From: a virus
Lineage: Duplodnaviria > Heunggongvirae > Uroviricota > Caudoviricetes
Strand: one strand, 5' to 3'
Virus record (IMG/VR): IMGVR_UViG_3300013105_000002
Span: 1-64,000 of that record
Length of the DNA: 64,000 nucleotides
Positions within the stretch are counted from its first letter, which is position 1. Each line of letters begins with the position of its first letter. This document shows, piece after piece, positions 51,552 through 61,600 of this stretch. The position numbers were made by a program, and so were the translations under genes. A model generated the notes under the pieces. That model was not told the DNA's origin. It did not search any database and worked only from the letters and a program-made list of their open reading frames with translations.

Positions 51552-52886
51552 ATGACGATCGAAAAGGCACATTGGGCTACTGACGGAAACTCTGTCCGTC
51601 TAGCAATGCCGTTGACCAAGGTAAATCAGGAGAAGCGACTAGTCTCCGGTTTCGCATCCTTGGACAACGCGGACTCTCAGGACGACATTGTTTTGTCCGA
51701 CGCTTCCGTGCGCGCTTTTTCTCGCTTCCGTGGAAACATCCGTGAAATGCACCAGCCAATCGCTGTGGGCAAGATGGTTGATTTCAAGGAACAAGAGTTT
51801 TATGACCCTAAGGACGAGAAGTTCTACAAGGGTGTCTACGTTACTGTTTACGTCTCAAAGGGCGCTCAGGACACGTGGGAAAAGGTTCTTGACGGAACGC
51901 TAACTGGTTTCTCAATCGGCGGTAACGTCCTAGAGGCAGATACCGAGTTCGACAAGGCAGCCGGTAAGTCACTTCGCAGAATCACAGACTACGAGTTGGT
52001 TGAGTTGTCACTTGTTGACTCACCAGCAAACAACAAGGCAAACATCGTCTCTGTTGAGAAGGTAATTGGTGGACAGGATATCTACAAGGGAATCCTTGTG
52101 GACACCAAGTCCGAGATTGCTTTCTACTGCAACACCGACGAGATTGCAAAGACTTCCACCGAGCAGGAGTTGGACTGCCCATCATGTGGCGATCCAATGC
52201 AGAATGTTGGGTGGTTTGAGTACAGCAATGACACTGATCGTACAGAGAAGATGGCTGAGGCTGTACAGAAGTATCTTTCTTCGATCAACGAAAAGCAGGT
52301 TGAGCCTGCAACTAACGAAGGAGGTGTTGACGTGGCAGAAGATACAGTAGAAAAGGCCGCTGCAACTGAGGGTGAAAACCCTGTAGTTGAAGAGGGTAAG
52401 GCCGAGACCGAAGTTACCGCTTCCGTAGAGTCAGAGGAAACTGACCTAAGCGACGGCGGTGAAGAGGTGAAGGCAGATGAGGCTGATGCTGAGGCTACGG
52501 ACGTGTCCGAAGTTGAGAGTGCAGAAGACGACCTTGCAAAGATGCTAGCCGATCTTGACACCAAGATTTCTAGCAACCTAGAGAAGAACCGCGAGGCTAT
52601 TGACGAGGCTCTGAGCGAAGTCAATGCAAAGGTAGAGAAGTTTACTTCGGAACTAGATTCCAAGTATGCAGAACTATCACAGAAGCACGGTGAACTCAGC
52701 GAAAAGTTTGCTGGTATCAAGGAAGAGTTGGGCAAGATGGAGAAGTCCGTCACCGACCTACTAGATGCAAGCGCAGTAAAGAAGTCTGGCGACCTTGGCG
52801 GGGAGTCAGAAACAGTAGTCGAAAAGAAGGCTACGAGTACATGGGGTGGACACTTCCTCGGTGTAAATTCCCTAAGGGACAACTAA
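51552..52886 (+). CDS. prohead protease (HK97/S78-like) fused to acidic coiled-coil scaffold-like domain
   Basis: RLVSGFASLDNADSQDDIVLSDASVRAF protease core; C-terminal E/D/K-rich coiled coil. Confidence 0.65.
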   Translation: MTIEKAHWATDGNSVRLAMPLTKVNQEKRLVSGFASLDNADSQDDIVLSDASVRAFSRFRGNIREMHQPIAVGKMVDFKEQEFYDPKDEKFYKGVYVTVYVSKGAQDTWEKVLDGTLTGFSIGGNVLEADTEFDKAAGKSLRRITDYELVELSLVDSPANNKANIVSVEKVIGGQDIYKGILVDTKSEIAFYCNTDEIAKTSTEQELDCPSCGDPMQNVGWFEYSNDTDRTEKMAEAVQKYLSSINEKQVEPATNEGGVDVAEDTVEKAAATEGENPVVEEGKAETEVTASVESEETDLSDGGEEVKADEADAEATDVSEVESAEDDLAKMLADLDTKISSNLEKNREAIDEALSEVNAKVEKFTSELDSKYAELSQKHGELSEKFAGIKEELGKMEKSVTDLLDASAVKKSGDLGGESETVVEKKATSTWGGHFLGVNSLRDN

Positions 52887-52911
52887 AAGAAGGAGAGGTG
52901 AAACAAACAAA

Positions 52912-53895
52912 ATGACTGAAAATCTACTAGAGAAGGTTATTACCACGACCACGTTGGGACAGGCTCCTGACGGTTCTGGTTCTGGCCTACTACCACCAGA
53001 GCAGGCAGAGCGCTTCATTGACTACACCTTTGAGTCAACTGTTCTGGGATCACAGGTTCGTACGATTCGTCTACGTGCCGATTCACAGGAGATTGACCGT
53101 ATCGGTGTTGGTGAGCGTTTGCTACGCGTTGCTACCGAGGCTGTTGACGACGCCGTGAACGTTGGCGTTGCATTCAGCAAGGTTTCTCTTGGAACCACGA
53201 AGTACCGTCTAGACTGGGAACTTTCAACTGAGAGCCTAGAGGACGGTAAGGAAGGCGATGCACTAGAGGATCACATTGCTCGTATGCTTGCTTCTCAGGT
53301 CGGTAACGACCTAGAAGACCTAGCGATCAACGGTGACACCACTAAGACCACCGACCCATTCTTGAAGGGTGTCGATGGTTGGGACCGCCGTGCTCGTCTG
53401 GGTGGACACATCATCGACCACGCCGGTGGCGAGGCCGACCGCGATGTATTCCACAAGGCCATCAAGGCAATGCCGCGTAAGTACATGCAGCGTCGTAACC
53501 AGTTGAAGTTCTTCACTGGCGCAAACGTGTTGCAGGACTACACGTACAACCTACAGTTGAAGTCTAACGACTATGTTCTTCCTGAGAGCGTAGCACAGAG
53601 CAACTTCAACAACTTCGATGGATTGGGCCGTGCATTCGGAATTCCTGTACAGGAAGTTCCTCTGATGGACGAGACCAAGGCCGGTGACTACTCAGGTGCA
53701 GCAGGAGAGCACTCTGACGTATGGCTGACCTTCCCAAAGAACATGATTTGGGCAATCAAGCGCGACATTGTGGTTTACCGCGAGTTCGTGCCGCGTAAGG
53801 ACGCGATTGAGTACACGCTATTCACTCGTATCGGTGCAAACATCGAGAACCCTGACGCATTCGTTGTGGTTAAGAACGTGAAGGCTAACGCCTGA
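52912..53895 (+). CDS. major capsid protein (HK97 fold)
   Basis: strong RBS AAGGAGAGG; 327 aa; position after protease; followed by strong terminator. Confidence 0.7.
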   Translation: MTENLLEKVITTTTLGQAPDGSGSGLLPPEQAERFIDYTFESTVLGSQVRTIRLRADSQEIDRIGVGERLLRVATEAVDDAVNVGVAFSKVSLGTTKYRLDWELSTESLEDGKEGDALEDHIARMLASQVGNDLEDLAINGDTTKTTDPFLKGVDGWDRRARLGGHIIDHAGGEADRDVFHKAIKAMPRKYMQRRNQLKFFTGANVLQDYTYNLQLKSNDYVLPESVAQSNFNNFDGLGRAFGIPVQEVPLMDETKAGDYSGAAGEHSDVWLTFPKNMIWAIKRDIVVYREFVPRKDAIEYTLFTRIGANIENPDAFVVVKNVKANA

Positions 53896-53910
53896 ACAAC
53901 CTGAGCATTA

Positions 53911-53934
53911 GGCCGGTCCCTTCGGGGACCGGCC
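53911..53934 (+). terminator. rho-independent terminator
   Basis: ggccggtccc ttcg gggaccggcc. Confidence 0.65.
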
Positions 53935-53963
53935 TTTGCCATATGAACGAAGTGGCGCTATAA
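53935..53963 (+). promoter_or_regulatory. late-type promoter TTTGCC-17-TATAAT
   Basis: -35 53935-53940, -10 53958-53963. Confidence 0.5.
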
Positions 53964-53989
53964 TGAGAGTCACAACGAAAGGATTTACT

Positions 53990-54388
53990 ATGAGTTTTGA
54001 AACACTGAACAAGCCCGTGCTGCTACAGGTGGCCGAGGACTTCGCGGTAGACGTTAAGGCTACCGACAACAAGGCAACGATTATTGCAGCACTTGTTGAG
54101 GATGGCGTTACGTGGGATATGTACAAGGCTGCATTCCCAGACCCAGAGGACGAGCCAGATGTGACCCCAGAAGCGCCGGTAGCAGAAAAGCCTGCTGTCG
54201 TACGTGAGGTACCAAAGGTTCTTGTCAAGATGGAGCGTCAGAACCCACGCTTTGAGATTCGTGGATACACATTCTCCAAGCAGCACCCATTTGTGCCGGT
54301 AACCGAGGAAGATGCTAACTACATCATCAGCCACTTGGATGGTTTCCGAATTGCCATGCCACAGGAGGCTCAGGACTTCTACGGCTGA
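53990..54388 (+). CDS. hypothetical head-associated protein (SAP/Rho-N-like N-terminus)
   Basis: RBS GAAAGGA + ATG 53990. Confidence 0.5.
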   Translation: MSFETLNKPVLLQVAEDFAVDVKATDNKATIIAALVEDGVTWDMYKAAFPDPEDEPDVTPEAPVAEKPAVVREVPKVLVKMERQNPRFEIRGYTFSKQHPFVPVTEEDANYIISHLDGFRIAMPQEAQDFYG

Positions 54389-54412
54389 TAGACCGTAGTG
54401 TATAATTAAAAC

Positions 54413-55267
54413 ATGAGCGATATTTACAGAGATTCAGTAGACGACACCGTGGAATTGGGTGTTACAGGAGCAGACATTACCTCTGTGACCTTTATGCGTC
54501 ACGGCAAGGTGGTTAGCACTGCTACCACTTCTCCTGCCCAAGTTCCATATGCTGTTACCCACGTAGATGGGGAATTCTCTGTACTCTGGGAGTATGAGGT
54601 TGATGGAAACACATACTCACGCTCTGAGGACTACAAGGTAGTCACACCTCTATTCACATCTCAGGAACTGAAGGACTTCAACGACCAGTTCAACGTGCTA
54701 ACCGACCAGAAGGTCGAAGTGCTAGAGCGTCTTGTTCGTGAAGTAATCGAGGCCATCACTGGTCAGTCCTTTGGATACGAAGAGGGAAGTTACACCACGT
54801 GGGGCGGTGGGGACACGGTACTTCTAACGGATAAGCGTGTCCTCTCCGTCACCTCAATTGGCTACGGCCAGTATGGACTATTGCCGTACACCTACCGACC
54901 AATCAAGAACGGATTCGGCATCGAGAAGGACGGCGAACTGTGGGATGGATCGACATACACCACCGCAGGCCCAATGCGCAGCCCGTACGCCCTACATTCA
55001 TCTTCTGGTTTCCAGAACAATACCCGCTACACCATCACTGGTACTTTCGGTTGGTCCACAGTACCTCGTGAAATCAAGGACGCGGCTTTGCTTATTGCTG
55101 AGTTGTTCTCTTGCAAGGAAGCATCATGGCGTGACCGCTATCTAAAGGCAGTCACCGCAGCCGACTGGCGTTTTGACTTCGACAGCCGAGCATTCACAGG
55201 AACAGGAAGCGTCACAGCAGACCGACTGCTAGAGAAGTTTGTGGTTGGTCGCTGGGCGATCATCTGA
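54413..55267 (+). CDS. virion structural protein (head-tail connector region)
   Basis: 284-aa ORF in structural operon. Confidence 0.5.
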   Translation: MSDIYRDSVDDTVELGVTGADITSVTFMRHGKVVSTATTSPAQVPYAVTHVDGEFSVLWEYEVDGNTYSRSEDYKVVTPLFTSQELKDFNDQFNVLTDQKVEVLERLVREVIEAITGQSFGYEEGSYTTWGGGDTVLLTDKRVLSVTSIGYGQYGLLPYTYRPIKNGFGIEKDGELWDGSTYTTAGPMRSPYALHSSSGFQNNTRYTITGTFGWSTVPREIKDAALLIAELFSCKEASWRDRYLKAVTAADWRFDFDSRAFTGTGSVTADRLLEKFVVGRWAII

Positions 55268-55770
55268 TGTTTGGGTGCCTAGTCTCGTCAAAGTACAACA
55301 TGACGGCCACCATTCTTACTCAGGGACCAACTGCTCCGGTAACGCCTGAAGGCGATGGACACTGGGAACAGAAGCAAGACCCGGACACTGGTGAAATCAT
55401 CCGTGTTTGGGTTGAGGATTCTGACCCGGACACTCCCGGCACTCAGACTCGCACTGTGCCATGCATGGTGCGTGGTGTAATTGTCGGTGGTGTTCGTGCT
55501 GCCGGAACTACCGAGAGATTCGACCCAAAGGGTGTATACGAAAACATCGACTTCGTGAAGATGAACTTCCCTGCTGATGTGGTCATCACCAAGCGCGACA
55601 GAATTACTAACGTAACTGGACCGGACGGTACGGTCATCTGGAAGGAAGAGGAATTTAGCGGTGCTCCTACGGTGTTCGACGTTCTGGGTATTACGCCTGT
55701 CGTTGACCCGTTCGGAATGCTCGTAGAGAACTTCGCTCTGCTTCAGAGAGCCGGGGTGCAAGGTGGGTAA
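55267..55770 (+). CDS. virion structural protein (head-tail joining)
   Basis: ATGA overlap. Confidence 0.5.
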   Translation: MFGCLVSSKYNMTATILTQGPTAPVTPEGDGHWEQKQDPDTGEIIRVWVEDSDPDTPGTQTRTVPCMVRGVIVGGVRAAGTTERFDPKGVYENIDFVKMNFPADVVITKRDRITNVTGPDGTVIWKEEEFSGAPTVFDVLGITPVVDPFGMLVENFALLQRAGVQGG

Positions 55771-56638
55771 GGCCAGACGCAATGCTGTAGACATTGAAGC
55801 CGACATGGCTGATGGCTACAAGGCTCTCGGCTTTGTACAGGGCATGTCAGAGGAACTTTCCACCGACCGATTCATCGGGCCGGTGATTGAGTTTGCTCAC
55901 AGCAGAATGGCCGAGTCCTTTGACGACGAGATTGACAACGCTGCCAGAGCAGGAACTGATTCTCTTCAGCACGTCTACGAGTGGAGGATGCTGGGTGTGC
56001 CTCAGGGCAGACTATGGCGTCACACGCTCACAGGACGCGGTGAGAATCGACAGGCATCGTGGAAGTGGGTTGCGTCCAAGTCTCCAATTCTGACGCCTTC
56101 AGAGCGCAAGGCCGAGGGAGACCCCAGCGACCCGATCAACAACGTGTCTGACGAGGCTCTGGCACGTCTTTCTGATCGCAAGTACATCTTCTACTGGAAG
56201 GCTCCGATTGTCGAGTACGGACTGTCGGTGAACATTCGCCCGGTGTATGCCAAGGCTCTATTCGTGCCTACTGATTCAAATGCACGAGGATACTACTTCT
56301 CCAAGGGAACGAGCAATCAGTTCCAAGAGGGTGGGCAGGGAAAGTTCACGGCATTCTGGACAACATGGTGGGCAAACGGAGCATCTGCTCTTTGGAGCGC
56401 AGAAATCAAGCGCACCATTGAAAAGGACTTGGGACGTTCTCGTACAGAACTGGCCAAGGTCACTGGCAGAAGAAGAAAGAAGTCATTCGGCATCAACGCA
56501 ATGTCTGACAACTTCGCTGCATATGAGGCCGGTAGAAATATGGCTGAAGCCTATATCAAGGGCAAGGCAAAGAGTTACAAGCAGGCGGCAAAGTACGTAG
56601 ACCGCTATGGACAATTTGGAGACGAGGTGAACTACTGA
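55763..56638 (+). CDS. virion structural protein
   Basis: 291-aa ORF. Confidence 0.5.
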   Translation: MGKARRNAVDIEADMADGYKALGFVQGMSEELSTDRFIGPVIEFAHSRMAESFDDEIDNAARAGTDSLQHVYEWRMLGVPQGRLWRHTLTGRGENRQASWKWVASKSPILTPSERKAEGDPSDPINNVSDEALARLSDRKYIFYWKAPIVEYGLSVNIRPVYAKALFVPTDSNARGYYFSKGTSNQFQEGGQGKFTAFWTTWWANGASALWSAEIKRTIEKDLGRSRTELAKVTGRRRKKSFGINAMSDNFAAYEAGRNMAEAYIKGKAKSYKQAAKYVDRYGQFGDEVNY

Positions 56639-57150
56639 TGCCAGTAGGCAAGTGGGATTTGGGCGGCGTGCACGGAGTGCGCCAGTACATGTGGAAGTTG
56701 CTACAGGATGAATTGGGATGGAAGGCATCAGACTATGGTGGCCTGACACCGATCACCACTCCTGAGCAGCAGCCAGAATTCAACAACTTCAACAAGCCGT
56801 ATATCGTCTACTCCTATTCGAAGAAGCAGGGTACAAACAACTACTTCCTAGAGGGAGAGATTGCAACGTTCGTGATTTACTCTTCGGACAGCGCAGACAT
56901 TAGACGAGCAATCAACCTGTTTGATGCAAAGTTGGACAAGCGTGACGAGAGTGCTGCCGAGGTCAACGACTTCATCAGTGCCTCATCACTTGATCCAGAA
57001 TACAAGTATTTTGATTACAAGTCGCTGTGGGTATCAATGATTCAAGGCCCACAGCCGGTGACAGAAGAGGGCGGTAGGCGTGATGGTCTCATCAACGTGA
57101 ACATCAATTACACACACTACGGTCCAGATGGAAAGGCAATCCGTTTCTGA
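56638..57150 (+). CDS. virion structural protein (tail terminator-like position)
   Basis: ATGA overlap; 170 aa. Confidence 0.5.
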   Translation: MPVGKWDLGGVHGVRQYMWKLLQDELGWKASDYGGLTPITTPEQQPEFNNFNKPYIVYSYSKKQGTNNYFLEGEIATFVIYSSDSADIRRAINLFDAKLDKRDESAAEVNDFISASSLDPEYKYFDYKSLWVSMIQGPQPVTEEGGRRDGLINVNINYTHYGPDGKAIRF

Positions 57151-57152
57151 TT

Positions 57153-57181
57153 TTGCTTTGTGATACCGCCTACGGTACTAT
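57153..57181 (+). promoter_or_regulatory. late-type promoter TTGCTT-17-TACTAT within second TTTTGCTTTGTGA motif
   Basis: -35 57153-57158, -10 57176-57181. Confidence 0.45.
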
Positions 57182-57245
57182 TAGCAATGAGGAAGTATTC
57201 AGCCTAGCCAGCAAAAACAATCACGATGGAGGTGAAAGATAAAGA

Positions 57246-57908
57246 ATGGCATACAGTGTAAAGAACATTATCGTGGGTGCTGCGGCACTTTACGTTTCAG
57301 TTAAGGACTCAACCGATTCTACTTTCTACGGGGCCAATGGCAACGTAGCAGTGTCTCTACCAGCCCTTACCGCTAACACGCCAGCCGGTCCTGTCCTAGA
57401 GGCAGATACGACCAACTGGCGTCACCTTGGTTTCACGACTGATGGTGTTGAGTTCTCATACGAGCCTGACTTCGGTGAGGTAAACGTTGACCAGTTGCTT
57501 GACGCTGCAAAGTTGTTCAAGCAGGGAATGAGTGCAACCGTTAACACCTCTCTAGCAGAGGCTACGCTAACGAACTTGATTCTTGCTTGGGGACAGAAGA
57601 ACAGCAGCCTTGGTGCTGCTACGGCTCCTGACACAACGGGACAGGAACTAGGTATCGCATCGGGAGCGCTCCTAGATGAGCCAGTCGAGCGCTCTCTTGT
57701 TTTTGTTGGTCCAGCACCTCGTAGCGCAACCAACAAGCGTATGGAGCGTCTGTACCACGTACGTCGCGCTTTGAATGTTGAGTCATCTGCTCACAGCCTA
57801 GCAAAGACGGACGCTACGACAGTTCCGATTGCGCTCCGTTTGCTACCAGACCCTTACTACACTGGTAAGGAATACGGTATCATCCGAGACCGCCAGATCG
57901 AGACCTGA
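57246..57908 (+). CDS. major tail protein (putative)
   Basis: strong RBS GGAGGTG; own promoter and terminator; position before tail assembly chaperone. Confidence 0.55.
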   Translation: MAYSVKNIIVGAAALYVSVKDSTDSTFYGANGNVAVSLPALTANTPAGPVLEADTTNWRHLGFTTDGVEFSYEPDFGEVNVDQLLDAAKLFKQGMSATVNTSLAEATLTNLILAWGQKNSSLGAATAPDTTGQELGIASGALLDEPVERSLVFVGPAPRSATNKRMERLYHVRRALNVESSAHSLAKTDATTVPIALRLLPDPYYTGKEYGIIRDRQIET

Positions 57909-57926
57909 TCTGAATAGCGACATATA

Positions 57927-57954
57927 GAAGGGCCACTCTTCGGGGTGGCCCTTC
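57927..57954 (+). terminator. rho-independent terminator
   Basis: gaagggccac...gtggcccttc. Confidence 0.6.
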
Positions 57955-58024
57955 TGTTTGCCCGAAATTTGCCAAGACTGCTAAACCCCTGATATACTTT
58001 AGACACAATCTATAAGGAGAGAAT

Positions 58025-58384
58025 ATGGCAACATTTGTAGGATCAATTGAAACGCTAGAGTTTGCAGACGGCACCATTGCAACTGTGCGTTCCCTTCCGA
58101 TTAAGCCACTTCGTAAGTTCATGGAGAAGTTGACCGGACTGGAAGAGGCAAAGACGGAAGTAGAGTTTGTTGACGCAGTAGTCGCACTCGCAGTATTTTG
58201 TCTAAAGGACAACAAGGATTTGAAGGAAGCCGGTGTGGCTGACCCAGAGGACGTTCTAGACCTACCGACCGCCTATAAGGTGATCGAGGTATGTGGCGGT
58301 GTCAAGTTGAATGACCCAAAACTGGTAGAACTGGCGATGGAGATGGCACAGAACCAGACGGCGGCAAAGGATGGGACGAACTAA
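58025..58384 (+). CDS. tail assembly chaperone (G-like)
   Basis: RBS AAGGAGAG; 119 aa directly upstream of tape measure. Confidence 0.6.
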   Translation: MATFVGSIETLEFADGTIATVRSLPIKPLRKFMEKLTGLEEAKTEVEFVDAVVALAVFCLKDNKDLKEAGVADPEDVLDLPTAYKVIEVCGGVKLNDPKLVELAMEMAQNQTAAKDGTN

Positions 58385-58689
58385 ATCTTGCCGAACTAGA
58401 GGCTGAGGCTTTCCTCCTTGGACATTGGAAGAACTTCGATGAACTGGAGGAAGCCCTCAATCTAGAGGAACTTAACGCCATCATTTCTGCTGCCAGAGAA
58501 CGGGAGCAAAGATCGAACAGGTTCCACGCAGCAATTAATGGAATTGACATGGACAAGCAATTGGCCGAGTCAAACAAGGAAAGATTTGAACGAATCGAGC
58601 GTGAAGCACGCGCTCAACTATCGGGACTGACACCGGAGGAACTAGAGTTCGGAGAACTCGGAATGGGAATCGAAGTCGAATCTGAATGA
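58025..58689 (+). CDS. tail assembly chaperone, putative -1 frameshift extension (G-T-like)
   Basis: -1 frame is open from 58315 to TGA 58687-58689 overlapping 3' end of G gene; slippery site not pinpointed. Confidence 0.35.
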
Positions 58690-58699
58690 AAAGGAATGA

Positions 58700-61600
58700 G
58701 CAGACATAGAGCAAATTGATATTCGCATTAACGGTCGCGCTGACTTCAAGCAAGCACAGCGTGAACTGAAGGCGTTTCAGGCCAGCCTGACGCAACTTCA
58801 GACGACCCTAGTTCAGAATGCGAATGCAACTGGTGGTACCCGAGGTTATCAGGATCAACTTTCAGCACTCCATGAAGTCCGTCAGGGCTTTGTGGGAACT
58901 GCTGCTGCCATGGATCAGTACCGTCTCCGTCAGGGACAGGTACTTTCCGCGCAGGACGCGTGGCAGAAGAAGATCATGGATGGAAAGGCAACTTTCCGTG
59001 ACCTCATCAATAACCACAAGATGCTCGGTACTGTTCTCCGTGACCAGATCGCTCTACAGCGATCAATGGGTGTTTCTTGGACACAGAGTTCCAAGACTGG
59101 CAAGTTCTCTGTCGATGCTCTAATTCCGCAGAACCTACCAAGAGACCTAAAGACGCTCCGCGCCGAACTAGGATTGTTCAGCAACGTTATGACCGTTGCC
59201 TCGGACAACATGGTCAAGTGGGGTAAGAATACGCAGTGGGCCGGTCGTCAGTTGATGGTCGGTTTTACTGTACCTATGGGCATTGCTGCTGCCGCTACAG
59301 GCAAGATGGCTTACGACCTTGACAAGTCTCTAACACAGGTTGTCAAGGTTTATGGTGATGCCACGCAGGAAATCCAGCAGGCTGCGGACAGCGTTCGCTC
59401 AACCGCCATGGCAACTGCTGAGGCTGCTGCCCGTATCTACGGCCAGTCAGCAGATACCACTTTGAAGATCATGGCTGATCTTGCTGCATCCGGTAAGTCT
59501 GGAAATGAACTTCAGCAGGCTACCATGCAGACCACTCGCGCTGCAATCCTTGGTGAACTGGATTGGCAGTCTGCCGTTAAGGCAACAATCTCCATGCAGG
59601 AAGTCTATCAGGCTGGGCAGAAGGAGATTGGTGAAAACTGGAACTACATCAACGCGATGGAGAACCAGACCGTTCTGAGCGCACAGGACTTCGTTACCGC
59701 AATCCCTAAGGTTGCCGGTGTTATGAACGAACTTGGTGCTGACTTGAAGCAGACCGGATCACTTCTAACCGCATTCAAGGCTGCCGGTATCGATGCAGCC
59801 GAGGGTGCTAACGCTCTAAAGTCCATCAACTTCCGCCTTGTCGCTACATACGGTAAGGGTCTAGAGACATTCAAGCAGAAGACCGGACAGGACTTGCGTG
59901 CAATTATCGATGAAACCAACGGTGAGACCATTCCCTCTTTGCAGAAGTTCGCAGCCGCTCTGGAAGATTTGAGCGCACCGGACAAGGTTGCCGTTACACG
60001 AGACGTGTTCGGTATCTATCAGGGTTCCAAGGGTTTGATGCTTCTAGAGCAGATGATTCAGAAGACCGACCAGTGGCAGCAGGCGCTTGATGTTGCAAAC
60101 AACACCGCGCTAGAGAATGCTGCTATCGCCCAGCAGGAGTTGGACCGTCAGAATGATCAGCCATTCAAGAAGTTGGACAAGGCTGTTGAGTCTCTGAAGT
60201 TGAACCTAGCCCAGTTGGGTCAGGTGTTCCTAGAGCCTGCCGCAATGCTACTTGGCGTTGTTGGTAAGTTGGTTGACGGATTCAACAACATGAACCCGGC
60301 AGTGAAGACAGTTCTGGCAATTGGTGCTGGTCTGGTCGCGCTCGCTGGTCCTATGGTGATGCTTGCAGGTCTAGGTGCCAACCTAGCCGGTAACGTCATG
60401 AAGGGCGTATTCAGTCTTATCCAGATGCGTACTGGATTCAAGATGATGACTGTCGAGGAACGCATGCAACAGATTGTGTCATCCAAGATGACCAATGCAT
60501 GGGACACTCAGACGGTTGCCGCCGCCGCTCTGACTACTCAGGTACAGCACCTGACGACCGCTCTAAATGCCTCAGTGATGGCACAGGGTGGTGCAGCCGC
60601 TGCTGCAATGAAGAACGCGTCACGTCCGCAGTTGCCTAATGGTGTGAAGTATGATACTGCCGGTAGGACTCGTTGGGAATCTGGAAATGAGTACAACCGC
60701 CCGGGTGGACAATTCGCAAGCGCCGCTCAGGTAGAGGCTGCTCGTCGTCTTCAAGACATGCAGGAGCGTGCACAGGCTGCTGAGGCCAAGATGCAGAAGT
60801 TGGCCGGTACGATGACGATGGTAGCAACGACTGCCGGTGTGCTAGGAAGCGCATTTGGTATGAATAGCGGTTTGACAGGACGCCTTGTTGAACTGATGAA
60901 CGTTGTCGGTATCTTCGGTATCATGTTCCCATCCGCAATGACCAAGGTAGTAACAAAGGTCAGCGGTGTTATGGCTGCACTTGGAACGAGAATGCTTTCA
61001 ACATTCGGTGTCGGTCAGGCCGGTGCCGGTAGACTCATGGGTGCTTTGACAAAGGCTGGTCCTATCATTGCCGGTGTGGCAATTGCTGGATTCGCTGTAT
61101 GGTCACACTTCAATGATCAGATCGAAGAGTCTGTAAAGAAGGTCGAGCGCTTCAACGACTATGCAAAGAGCATGGCCGACATTCTTGGTTACTCTTACAC
61201 ACCTTCTGCAAAGATGGGTGACAAGGGGCCACAGAATGGAATGGAGGCTACCCTAGTCCTTGTCGAGAAGTTGAAGAAGGAAAACAACGAGGCTTTCCAG
61301 CAGTTCGCAAGCATGGACAAGGAAGGCGTGAAGGTCGGTGAGAAGTGGGCTTTGGCTATCAGCGCTGGTCTTCGTGCAAAGATGCATGGTGCAGACCCTG
61401 CCTCCGTAGAGAACACTGTTCGTGTTGCAATGTCTGCAATGGGCGAGCAGTTCAATGACGCTGACTGGAAGTTGAACTTTGATCTAGAGGCTAACTTCGA
61501 TGATGCCACTGCAATGCTGAAGTTGAAGGCAAAGGAGTGGAAGCAGATCATCGATGATGCTCTGAGGGACAATGGTGCAAACTGGATGGAGGCAGCCTTT

